From: Schmidtea polychroa
Taxonomy: Eukaryota
DNA length: 64,000 nt
Direction: 5' to 3'
NCBI GenBank assembly: GCA_044892525.1
Contig: CM097885.1
Location: 7,008,001-7,072,000, forward strand
The notes beneath the pieces were generated by a model. The model made no database searches and had not been told where the DNA came from. It was given only the letters and a program-made list of their open reading frames with translations. Below, in pieces: positions 1 to 10,799 of this stretch (the stretch's first letter is position 1; each line of letters opens with the position of its first letter). Made by a program: the position numbers and the translations under genes.

Positions 1-1067
1 TGGATTATATATTAAGTCTGATAAATTATAACTGGATGTCCTATTTCTATATTGTCTAACAACCTCATCATATTTTAAAATAGCTAAAATGCTATATAAA
101 AAACATGAATCATCGGTGTTTTTTATATTAATTAAACAATATTTATTTTTTAGACAAGTAAGTTGTTCAATGAAACTCCTACCACTTAATCTACTTAACC
201 TACTTATCTTTGTTATAGTGAAGTGGATTTCTGTAATTTTTTTATAATCCAACTACTTCCTAACTCTGTAATATTAGTTATTTTCTCATTTAGTTCCCTA
301 ATACCTTCATCAAAAAATGATGCAGTTAAAGGTTTTGCGTAATTGGAGATATTATTAACCTTTATTTCCCCGTCTTTTTCAAATTCGATAGTTATTCCGA
401 ATTGAATTTTGACGGAGCCTAATTCGTTAATAATATCTCTCAATTTTATAATTAATTGTTCTGGAAATATTATTTCCTTTATATTTAAGTCGCTAGTATT
501 TAAACTTAATATTTGATGGGTACCCCTTAGATCTTTTTGTATTATGGGAACATTACCCCCTATTTGTATTATATTTATTCCATCCCAAGAATCAAAGGAA
601 GTGAATAATCCATCATTGGATTCAACAACCAATCCGACCTGGGATTCAACAAAAGGCAATCCGTCCTGGGATTCAACAAAAGACAATCCGACCTGGGATT
701 CAACAAAAGGCAATCCGACCTGGGATTCAACAAAAGGCAATCCGACCTGGGATTCAACAAAAGACAATCCGTCCTGGGATTCAACAACCAATCCATCATT
801 GGATTCAACCTCTAATCCAGCCTGGGATTCAACAACTAATCCGACCTGGAATTCAAAAGAAGAAGTATCTAATTTAATTTTTTTATTTGTATTATTTTTT
901 TCTATAGTTGAGGGTCTTTTAAAAACACTATCTTTTTTAAAATTAAACCTATCTAAATGATTTTTATGTTTATTATAAAAAACGCTATATGATACAGGGT
1001 CACTAGTCTTACATACGGGACATATAAAATGTTTTATTATAATATTTTTTCGTCTAATAATTCTCCA
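1..1067 (-). pseudogene. Disrupted Polinton/Maverick-type ORF: C2H2-like finger, repeat insert, and a region resembling the N-terminal part of protein-primed PolB proteins; truncated by the window edge
   Basis: The frame of ORF 213..791 stays open upstream to ~1067 (FICPVCKTSDPVSYSVFYNKHKNH). After a frameshift near 215-235 it continues ...GSSWIIKK / ITKISRLSRLSGRSFIEQLTCLKNKYCLINIKNTDDSCFLYAILAIL. This resembles the GSGW...GSSYI.LP...INI.N.D..CF..AILA pattern I recall from metazoan Polinton-like PolB N-termini. Confidence 0.55.
607..855. repeat. Coding minisatellite of 24/27-bp units (aatccgacctgggattcaacaaaaggc)
   Basis: About 9-10 tandem units whose lengths are multiples of 3, encoding VESQ(V/D)GL(P/S)F or VESNDGL on the minus strand. 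Confidence 0.9.
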
Positions 1068-1326
1068 TTATAGAATGGCAATTATTATCATGTTCTTTCG
1101 ATGAACAATAATTTGGATAAAGTATACCTATAAAATAAAAATTTAATAAAAAAAAATATATATATATAATTTAAATGAAATATTTTAATAAATGTTTACG
1201 CAAAAATTTACAAATTTTAATTACTAAAAAATAAAAATTTACTAAATTAAAAATATTAACATTTAATTAAATAAAAAATTATATTAAATTTCCTTTAAAT
1301 TATATAAAAAAGTAATCAATACTTAC

Positions 1327-1444
1327 AGTTATGATGTCTTCAACTTCTGAATTCATAAAATCAATAAATCAATAATAATTAAAAATATATTTTCCAAAAA
1401 CACGCTAAAACGAATATTATTTAAACAAACAACTTTACATAACT
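1327..1444 (-). repeat. 3' LTR (118 bp, AGTTATG...CATAACT termini)
   Basis: Direct repeat of 5781-5898; preceded on the minus strand by the polypurine tract. Confidence 0.95.
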
Positions 1445-1456
1445 CTCCCCTTCTTT
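1445..1456 (-). other. Polypurine tract AAAGAAGGGGAG
   Basis: Purine run directly abutting the 3' LTR on the minus strand. Confidence 0.9.
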
Positions 1457-4400
1457 AAGGAACTGCCCATCTCTTAAGCCATTCAATTCGTCTGAGTTTC
1501 TTTGTCGTCCCATCACTCAATTCCACCTGGTGTTCTGACAAAAACTTTGATATGACAAACGGACCTTCATACTGTAGTCCATCTTTGTCACCGATTTTGT
1601 GGTTCTTTCCGAACTAATACTTTCTCCCCCACCGTGAAACATCGATTCGTTCTCTTCTCTGTTTTTATCTCTTTCATTCGTTTAGCTGCTTTCTCACTGT
1701 TCTCTCTTACCAATCTATGTATCTCAACTGTATCCAATGTCGTCTGAGGCAATGTTGAATGAAGGTTAATCTTCCTCCCAAAAACAATTTCAAATGGAGA
1801 AAATCCCGTCGCGCTCTGTTGTGTCACGTTGATACAAAATTCTACTCGAGGAAGTAACTCCGCCCAATTTCGCTCTCCTAGTCCACCTGCTAATGATGTC
1901 GCCAGCAAGTCTCTGACTGTCCGTATTGTTCTCTCAACTAAACCGTTAGATTGATGCTGATATGGTGAACTGAACTGTTGCGTAATACCCAGTCTTCCTA
2001 GATTTGTTTTCATAAAACCACTATCGAAGTTCTTCCCTCTGTCTGACAGACAATTTCGCGGTTTTCCGAAACGGTATATCCACTTCTCCAATATGGCTTT
2101 GAAAATCGATCTCTCGTCTTGTCTCTCCAGTGCGGTCAGACTGACCATTTTGCTAAAACGATCAATGATAACTAGCATATACTTGTACACTCCACCATTC
2201 TTCATGTGTGCTATATCAATGACCAACTGTTCTAAAAATTCTGAACTTATAATCGGCAACAATCGTTCCTTTGTCTTCTCCTGCACTATTTTCCTTCTGC
2301 AGCATATCTCACATACTCTCAAACAGTTTTGTATAGTTTCTTGCATGTTTGGCCAAAAAAATATGTTGCTCATATAGCTAATTAATTTCTTTACTCCAAT
2401 GTGACACATTTCAGTATGTATTCCTTTAACTAACGTATTTGAGTAGTCTATCGGCACCAGGATGACATCTTTACCATTCTTCTCTAATAATAAAAACCCA
2501 TCTTCTAATTTTATGTTGTTATGCAAATTGAAAGGAAATTTCTTTTTATTCAAGTCATCTTTTTTCTCTTCTCCCTGTAACACTCTTGTCATGTGAATGA
2601 AATCCACATCATCTTGTTGCTTTTCTAAGAGTTTTGTCATCGACTCAGTCTTCTGTAATGAGCTGATATGTCTTACTCTGGCTTTTTCTTCTTTTGCGTC
2701 TTCATGTCTAGTCTGGCATTGTGCACATAACATCCCTTTAATCCTTGATATTCCGTCCGCATTTCCATGTTCCTCTCCTTTCCTATATTGAAGATCGAAA
2801 TCATATCCTGAAAGGTTGGCTAGCCAGGTTTGAAATTGCGGGCTTATCGGTTTTTTTGTGTATCTCATGAAAACCAACGCCTTGTGATCCGTTCGTACTA
2901 CAAATGACTTTCCGTATAGATATTGTTTAAAATACATTACATATTCGTGTATAGCAAGTAACTCCTTCCTAGTCACACAATAACCTTTTTCATGGGCGGT
3001 CAAGTGTCTCGACCCATATGCAATTACCACTTCAGTACCATCTTCTTTAGCTTGACATAAAACTGCTCCGATGGCCCCAAAACTAGCGTCTGTATCCAGA
3101 ATAAAGTTTCTATCCATTCTTGGGAAATCTAGAATTGGAGCTTCACACAACTTTGTTTTAAGTAATTCAAAACTATTGTTGCAATCTTCTGACCAATTAA
3201 TCTTTTTCTCACAGCCGGACGTAGCTGCATGTAGAGGTTCCGCAATTTTCGCATAGTCTTTTATAAACTTCCTATAGTAATTGGTCATACCTAAAAAGGA
3301 TCTTAATTGTTTGGCGCATACTGGTATTTCTGCATCTTGGATCTCTTTAATCTTCTTGTCGTTCGTTTTTATCCCACTTGCACTTACAGTGTGCCCTAGG
3401 AATGTCAATTCCTCTTTATACAGATTACATTTTTCTGGGTTAATTCTCAACCCCGCTAGTTGAATTCTTCTGAATACTTCCTCTAATCGGTTATTGTGTT
3501 CCTCTATGTCTTTTCCATAGACAAGAATGTCGTCCAGGTAGACAACAACACCCTTAAATAATATTCCATCCAACATTGAGTGCATCATTCTTTGAAACGT
3601 TGCAGGGGCGGTTGCTAGTCCAAAAGGAAGTCGGTTAAAACAAAACTGTCCTTGCCTTGTACTGAAAGCCGTGACCTCTTGAATTTCCTTCGCCATTCCA
3701 ACTTGATAATATGCTTGACCTAGATCGATGGATGTGAAATATTTTGAATCTGCCAGACAATCCAGTAGAAATCGTGTATCTGGCATTGGAAAAGATATCT
3801 TTTCAGTGATTGCATTCAACCCTCTATAGTCGACACACATCCTTATTGATCCATCTTTCTTAGCCACAATCACTAGTGGCGCGTTCCATGCACTTTTGCA
3901 TTTTCTAATAACTCTCGCTTCTAATAAGTTTGTGACAAGTTCGTCAAGCTTTTGTTCTAAATGCATTGGTTGTCTTCTTGGCTGTAACATTACAGGCCCA
4001 CCTACTATATTCATTTCATGTTGAACAACTTTCGTAAACCCGAGATCAAAAGTTGAAGCCATAAAAATACCTTTGAACTTCCGTAGCAATATGTCTAACT
4101 GTTCATTCTTCCTGCCTCCAAGCATTAATAATGCTTTCTCTTCTCGTTGTGAGTCCACATATGTCCTCCCTACTTGTGACGCTTCAATATTGTCTACCTC
4201 TACCAGTTGAATACCAAATCTCTCCATTGTATCTACACCCCCAATGAAATCTGGACGTATATCTTTGACAACTATAACATTAATAATTCTTTTTTTCCCA
4301 TTCCAATCAGCTTCTATCGTCATTGCTCCTAACGGTCTTTCCATTCCCGTCGAAAATACTCCACAAAGAGAAATTGTGCTCTGCTTCAACCTCGGTTTCC

Positions 4401-4620
4401 CGATCTTTGTCCAACTTTTTTCACTCATAACTGATACTGACGCTCCAGAGTCCCAAAGCATGTCAATCGCCGTCATGTTTATTACAATCTTACTCCACTT
4501 TCTTTTGTCTTTCGTCTCATACATCTTCTGCATCATGTCTTCATTTCGCTTCTTTTTACTGATTATTGTGTCGACCCCACTGACGAAATGAAAGCAATGG
4601 GATCGTCCTTGTTTTTTGGT
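1455..4620 (-). CDS. pol: Gypsy pol (protease, RT, RNase H, integrase); integrase C-terminal GPF region displaced by a 1-nt frameshift at ~1590
   Basis: LWDSGAS protease, RT YLDD, RNase H ILDTDAS...TDH, integrase H/C zinc region and D,D,E core. The frame is open from 4620. The shifted frame after 1590 reads DKDGLQYEGPFVISKFLSEHQVEL...IEWLKRWAVP* and ends at 1455. Confidence 0.95.
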
Positions 4621-5810
4621 TTATCCATTGATTTTTTTATCGTTTCTTCGTAATTACTGTATAAATCTTCTGTTAAATCATCATTATTTCTTTCGTGATC
4701 TTCTTCGTAAATACATGCCACTCTCTTCTGATATCCATTTCTATTTTTAAGCAAAAAACAATCTCTGAATCCATGACCTTCTTTTCCACAGATTAGACAT
4801 TTGTCTTTCATAGGACATTCAAAACGCCGGTGTCCTTTTTCTCCACAACAAAAACACTGACCTGGTGTCAGTTTCACTGGATGAGGCGAATCTCTTCCTT
4901 TGCTGTCATTAAATAACCTTCTTGCAATATCTTTAAGCGATACTGTAGGTATTCTTCTCTCTGGTTCTCCTGTCTGATATCGTCCTCTATACCGCTCATT
5001 TTCATTCTTGTCTTCATTTACAATTGGTACAAACCGACCATTACCAGGTCTATTCCTCTCATGATTAATCTCTCGGTGTTCGTCACGTTGATGTGCAGTT
5101 GTCTTCACAATTGTTCTTTGGTCTAGTCTACCCTCGAATTTACCATTTTTCATCACTGATGCGTAAGAGTCTCTTCTTATGGCATCAATATTGAATTTAT
5201 TGTCATTCGTCATCTCGATCTTCTCCTGAATTTTTGCCATATCCCTGGCATCTTCAAAACTTGTCACTTTCCCTGATAAGAATATTTCTTTTACTCTATC
5301 GTCTTTTGCTCTATTTGAGATAATGTCTCGAACAATCTGTTCATCAGACATTCCAGAGCTAAATACACTTTTAACTAAACTTCTTACTCGTATTTCGAAG
5401 ACTTGGAATCTTTCATCTCTCTCTTGCTGAATTTGAGCTAGTTCCACAATCTTATTAGTAATGGTTTTCCTTACTGTAAAAGTTTCTATAAACCACTCTT
5501 TTGCCATTTCATCGGTCATCTTCGCTATTTTCGCCGCTTCCCATAACATCGATGCCGCATCTGTCAACAAAAGATCCAATGCGTCTACTAGACTTTGATC
5601 TTCTATTCTCAGCCATTCCATAATATCCTTTAGCCAAAGTTCGGCTTCAGATCCAACTTTTCCGTCAAACTTTCTTACATTAAAATTTAGCATCTCACGT
5701 GCTTGTTTTGACAAGGAATCTAACATATTCTTAGTTCCTTTCTTTTTTCCTATCGCATTGATTTCCTTGGCGTGGTCGCCAGTTATGATGTCTTCAACTT
5801 CTGAATTCAT
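4563..5810 (-). CDS. gag: Gypsy gag (415 aa) with two CCHC zinc knuckles
   Basis: CFCCGEKGHRRFEC and CLICGKEGHGFRDC knuckles; located upstream of pol. Confidence 0.93.
   Translation of the reverse strand: MNSEVEDIITGDHAKEINAIGKKKGTKNMLDSLSKQAREMLNFNVRKFDGKVGSEAELWLKDIMEWLRIEDQSLVDALDLLLTDAASMLWEAAKIAKMTDEMAKEWFIETFTVRKTITNKIVELAQIQQERDERFQVFEIRVRSLVKSVFSSGMSDEQIVRDIISNRAKDDRVKEIFLSGKVTSFEDARDMAKIQEKIEMTNDNKFNIDAIRRDSYASVMKNGKFEGRLDQRTIVKTTAHQRDEHREINHERNRPGNGRFVPIVNEDKNENERYRGRYQTGEPERRIPTVSLKDIARRLFNDSKGRDSPHPVKLTPGQCFCCGEKGHRRFECPMKDKCLICGKEGHGFRDCFLLKNRNGYQKRVACIYEEDHERNNDDLTEDLYSNYEETIKKSMDKPKNKDDPIAFISSVGSTQ
4572..4617 (-). promoter_or_regulatory. Predicted -1 programmed ribosomal frameshift signal (A AAA AAC + stem-loop)
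   Basis: Heptamer at 4617-4611 in the gag frame (ccA AAA AAC), 5-nt spacer, then an 11-bp stem CGAUCCCAUUG/CAGUGGGGUCG. Pol lies in the -1 frame and opens one codon before the heptamer. Confidence 0.85.
5764..5781 (-). other. Primer binding site TGGCGACCACGCCAAGGA (probably tRNA-Arg type)
   Basis: TGG start overlapping the last base of the 5' LTR; complementary to a ...GUGGUCGCCA tRNA 3' end. The tRNA identity is recalled, not checked. Confidence 0.8.
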
Positions 5811-5898
5811 AAAATCAATAAATCAATAATAATTAAAAATATATTTTCCAAAAACACGCTAAAACGAATATTATTTAAACAAACAACTTTACATAACT
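5781..5898 (-). repeat. 5' LTR (118 bp) containing the gag ATG at 5810
   Basis: Identical to 1327-1444. Confidence 0.95.
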
Positions 5899-6072
5899 CT
5901 TACATTGTAAATTTTCATTTCGATTTATTGACACATTGACATAATTTTTCTCTTTATTCGTATTACCTAAATTATTAATTAATTAAATCAATAAATTAAA
6001 AATTATGTTTACTTTTTCTTTTCAAATTTCCTTTAATCTTCGATTTTAAATTGTCTTCATTAATATTATTTC

Positions 6073-6078
<6 letters not shown>

Positions 6079-6141
<63 letters not shown>
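6079..6141. repeat. (TA)n microsatellite
   Basis: Direct reading. Confidence 0.95.
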
Positions 6142-6143
<2 letters not shown>

Positions 6144-6279
6144 TAATATCATAATATATATATCATAATATCATGTGTCTATTGCACTTTAGAAGATAAA
6201 CTTTGAAATGGTAAAGGTACTCGTTATAAAAGAGGAATTATAAGTCATTATTAACTCGGATTTCGAATAGTTTATATAA

Positions 6280-6445
6280 ATCACTGATTTCTTTTCAATT
6301 GCCATTGGAATTAGTAAAAAGCTTGACTATAAATCGATATATCGATGTTTTTTGATATATTCTACCGGTCCATAGTCAAGCTTTTTAATATATATATATA
6401 TATAGCGCGTCGGACTCACGTATTTTCGGCAGTCTTTTTCATATA
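6280..6445 (-). repeat. Penelope-type terminal repeat (pLTR) copy with hairpin and degenerate hammerhead motif
   Basis: Similar to 28345-28440 and the reverse complement of 63520-63640. Inverted repeat AAAAAGCTTGACTAT/ATAGTCAAGCTTTTT; motif tgaaaaagactgccGAAAatacgtgag on the minus strand. A partial second copy lies at ~7535-7585. Confidence 0.6.
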
Positions 6446-6449
6446 TAGT

Positions 6450-9250
6450 TTAAAAGAATTAAGGAAATGTCCTAAACAAATTGCTGTAAGTTATTTTGTC
6501 ATTTTATTGTTTATTATTATTATTAATTTCTGTCTCCTTATTTTTTATTATTTTTTATCGTTTAGCTCAAGCAAAAGAAAAATGATAAAATAAAAAAGCA
6601 AAACGAAATCAACCAAATTGAACTAGAAATTAAAGAAAAGGAAGAAGAAAACGAGACATTACAGACAATAATAGAGAGATTTAATGTAAATTTCTATGAA
6701 AATTAAATAAAAAAAATCAAATAAATGATTTTTTAACAACTAGATCGAGATCCAAAACATTCAAGAGGAATTAGAACGTAGATTAGAAAAGAAGTATACT
6801 GATGAAATCCGAAATCACAAAATAAAATTGACAAAACTAGAAAATGACCTAGATTAAGCAAATTCAGAAAATTCAGACATACAAATTGCTGTAAGTTATT
6901 TTGTCATTTTATTGTTTTTGCTTATATTTTATTTTTATTCAATTTTTTTTTAGCTAGTAAAGTCGAAAAAAATGAAGAATATTATCGATTGGGACTGACT
7001 ACAAAAATTTCTGAAATGGAGGAATTGAAATCAAAGATTCAAAATGAAAATGACCATTTAAAAAACCAGTTAACAACACAAACCAATCGCAGAACGAAGT
7101 GAGTGAAATTTAGTTAAATTTAGTTAAAATTTAGTTAATAGGTTAAAAAATTAGATAAATAAGAGGTAGATAAAAAATAAAAAGATAAGAGATAGGTAGA
7201 TAAATAAAAAGTTTAAATAAATATCAAAAATAAATAAAATAATGAGGCTCGGTAAGTAGTATTTGCTATTCTAACTTTTTTTTGATAATTCGAATGAAAA
7301 TGAATTGTAATTACGTAATGATCTTTATTTAAAGCGTTAGCATCTTTGAATATTAAGTATGTTTTATAATGCGGGTTTTTTTGTTTTCTCTGTTATAGCT
7401 TGCTTCTTGTTGTTGTTATTAACATTTTAATTTACTTTTATTTATGCAGCTTTTCTGATTCATTCTTTTGATTTCATTATGATTTTCAAATTCTTAATTT
7501 TTTCAATTTCTTAAAATATATATATATATATATATATATCGATATTTTTGGTATTCACGTATTTTCGGATGTCTTTTTCATATATAGTTTAAAAGAATTA
7601 AGGAAATGACCTAAACAAATTGCTGTAAGTTATTTTGTCATTTTATTGTTTATTATTATTATTAATTTTTTTAATTTGTTACCCCTGATCTGGATGGCCC
7701 ACTACCACCTACTGATATCAATGGTAATTTACTTTTCACCTATTATATTATTTTACTATTATATAAAGAGCAATTTCATTTAGCTCATGCCACTTAAAGG
7801 ATAAAAAAATATTCGAAAAAGAAGTCAATGAGTTACTACCAAAAATAAAAGATATGGAAGAGGAAGGGGAAACATTTCGCATGGTAAAAGTGACAGTAAA
7901 TGTAAATTTCTATCATTTCCTGATGGTATTTTAAATGATATTTTAACCACCAGGCGGAGATCAAAAACATTAGGAACAGAATGAAAAGAAAATTAGAATT
8001 GAAGTATGACAAAGAAATTGAAAAGCTAAAAATCCAAAGTTTACAACTAAAAACTGAGAAATCCGGACTCGAGAATGAGCTGGACATTTTGGAGCTTCAA
8101 AAATTAAACGCAGAAAATGCTGTAAGTTGTTATTATTTTGTCAGTTTCTATTATTTTCTGATGGTATTTCAATTGATTTTTTAACCACCAGGCGGAGATT
8201 AAAAACATTAGGAACAGTATGAAAAAAAAAATTAGAATTGAAGTATATAATTAGAAGAAATGAAGAAACAGCTGGAGCAAGATGTAAAAATAATGGAAGA
8301 AGAAAATTATATGAATGAGATTTTAATAGATAGATTTAAGGTAAATTTCTATACAAATTAAATTAAATAAATGATTTTTTAATCACTAGGATGAGATCGA
8401 AGACATTCAACAAAAATTGCAAAATCAAATAGAAACAAAGTATTTGAAGGAATTTGAAGAAAAACAAACCAGCAGTCTCTTTCAACGTTAACAATAAAAA
8501 CCGTTTTGAGTAGCCATTCTTCACCAGTAATTCAACTTATTTATCTACACTTTTTACTGAATTTTTAAAAGTGGAAGATAAGCACCATGATCTATAAACC
8601 AATCCTTTCACCGTGTTTCTTTTATATTTAAATTCACAAAAACTCTCTGGGGTAATATAGAGGCCAGCTTTAGCAGAGCGTCAAAATTCAAACATAGAAA
8701 TTGCTGTAAGTTATTTTGTCATTTTATTATTATTATTAATTTTTTTTAATTTGTTACCCATGATCTGGATGGCCCACTACCACCTACTGATATCAATGGT
8801 AATTTACTTTTCACCTATTATATTATATTACTATTATATAAAGAGCAATTTCATTTAGCTCATGCCACTTAAAGGATAAAAAAATATTCGAAAAAGAAGT
8901 CAATGAGTTACTACCAAAAATAAAAGATCTGGAAGAGGAAGGGGAAACATTTCGCATGGTAAAAGTGACAGTAAATGTAAATTTCTATCATTTCCTGATG
9001 GTATTTTAAATGATTTTTTAACCACCAGGCGGACATCAAAAACATTAGGAACAGTATGAAAAGAAAATTAGAATTGAAGTATGACAAAGAAATTGAAAAG
9101 CTAAAAATGCAATGTTTACAACTAAAAACTGAGAAATCCGGACTCGAGAATGAGCTGGACATTTTGGAGCTTCAAAAATTAAACGCAGAAAATGCTGTAA
9201 GTTGTTATTATTTTGTCATTTTATTGTTTATTATTATTATTAATTTTTTT
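6450..9250 (+). pseudogene. Degenerate, tandemly duplicated intron-containing coiled-coil gene
   Basis: K/E/L-rich exons (e.g. MKRKLELKYDKEIEKLKIQSLQLKTEKSGLENELDILELQKLNAENA) end in a recurrent donor gct|gtaagtt (~6485, 6890, 7625, 8121, 8705, 9196). 7620-8170 is duplicated at 8700-9250; stops and frameshifts are present. Confidence 0.6.
8470..8690 (-). mobile_element. Short Penelope-like RT C-terminal fragment
   Basis: The minus strand reads TVKGLVYRSW and, in another frame, LLVKNGYSKRFL, resembling the PLE L..NGYP..F motif. Confidence 0.4.
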
Positions 9251-10799
9251 AAATTTAAAATAAATCCAGTTAAATGCACACAGTAATCTGATTTTTCTAA
9301 AAAATCCTACTGTCAATTGAGTTAACTAGGAGACCCGTAGCAGATGGTTTACACTATGCGTACCGCGCATCAAGCCTAAAGATTAGATTTGCCTAAATTA
9401 TTACTAATGCAATTAATCAAATTGAGTAAATTCAGTTAGGCTCTACATTTTGGTGATTTCATTGATTTCTTATTTAGTGTTGCTTTTTGGCCTTCTGTTT
9501 ATAATGAGAATTGTTTCTTTGAATATGACTTTTTCTTCTGGATGTTACCATTGACTATTATTTTAATTGAAATATTTTTTCTTTCGTTTGTTGGTTGGAG
9601 ATGTCTGTTCATTGAGGATTTCCCACAAGGATCTAGATGTTCTTTAACTCTTTGGTGCAAGGTCCTGAGTGTACTTCCAATGTATATTTCCTTACATATA
9701 TTGCACGTGATTGTGTTGTTTGCCAGAGCTTTTCTCAATGTCCAAGATTTATGTGCTATCCGAATTGGAAGACCGGTGCGTTTAAGTTCTTTCAGGATCT
9801 TGAAGTCGAGTTTGTCACTGATGAATGGGATATTAAGATAGAAATATTTCTTCTTCTTTTGTGTTAATTCCCTAGATCTTTTTGGGGTAGAATTCATTCT
9901 TTCAATGTCTTCATCTTGGTATCCGTTTCTGTGTAAGATTTTATTGAAATTTGGTTGCTGTTTGAAGTTCTCGTTTTCTTCAGTGCATCATTGGCTATTC
10001 TTTGTTTCTCGTTTTTTATGACATGAACTTTTTGTAAGTATGGAAGCGCTGATCTTTGGTGCATAAATATTTCTTTGGGGGCTGGTTGTCTGTAGAACCC
10101 GTATGTTGGAGATTTTGTTTCTATTTTAATTCTTAAATCCAATAAATTGAGGGATCCATCTTCTTCCGGATATTCGATTTCATGCATGAAATATTTCCTC
10201 TGCTTCTTTTCTGCTTTTTGGTCGTGATGAAGATATCATCAACATATCTTGCATAGAAACCGATGGGTTGTATGGTCCTCAGTGTCTGTCGTTCGAGGTT
10301 ATCCATAAAGATCATTGCTAGCAATCCTGATATGAGAGAACCCATTAGCTTGTTATAGGACCTTTAGCTTGTTTATATATATTTTGCTCAGTATTTTTGT
10401 TATTCATTTCCTTTATTAACAAGTTGCTTTCTCTTATTTTTTTTTATTTTTTTTAAATTTCTTTTCTAAACATTGAATAGCATCTATTGGATCGATAGAT
10501 GTGTATAGTGATACGACATCAAGACTCAATTTGAATTCTATATGAGAAGTTATGTTATTTAATCTTGTCATGAGGCAGTCGCCGCTTTGAAAATGATGTG
10601 GTATCGTGTCCAATAATGGTTTCAAGATCTTTGCAAGGAGCCAACTTGTTTTAGATGTTTATCCATTTGTGTTGGACACTTTAAGTCTAATTTTGATAGC
10701 AGGACCCTCTTTGTGGATTTTAATTAGGTGGTTGAAGTTGGGAAGATCAGAATGCTTTGTGACGAAGCTGTTGGTTACTCTGTTGTTGAGCTTCATTTC

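Larger units (their letters stand above)
1327..5898 (-). mobile_element. Full-length young Ty3/Gypsy LTR retrotransposon (4,572 bp)
   Basis: Identical 118-bp LTRs (1327-1444, 5781-5898), 5-bp TSD CTTAC (1322-1326, 5899-5903), PBS, PPT, gag, and pol in PR-RT-RH-IN order. Confidence 0.97.

Noticed and set aside
544..960. 138-aa plus-strand ORF with NPTWDSTK repeats
   Set aside because: Antisense shadow of the minisatellite in the minus-strand ORF; no independent coding signal.
2093..4591. Several plus-strand ORFs of 60-115 aa
   Set aside because: Antisense to gypsy pol; no recognisable motifs.
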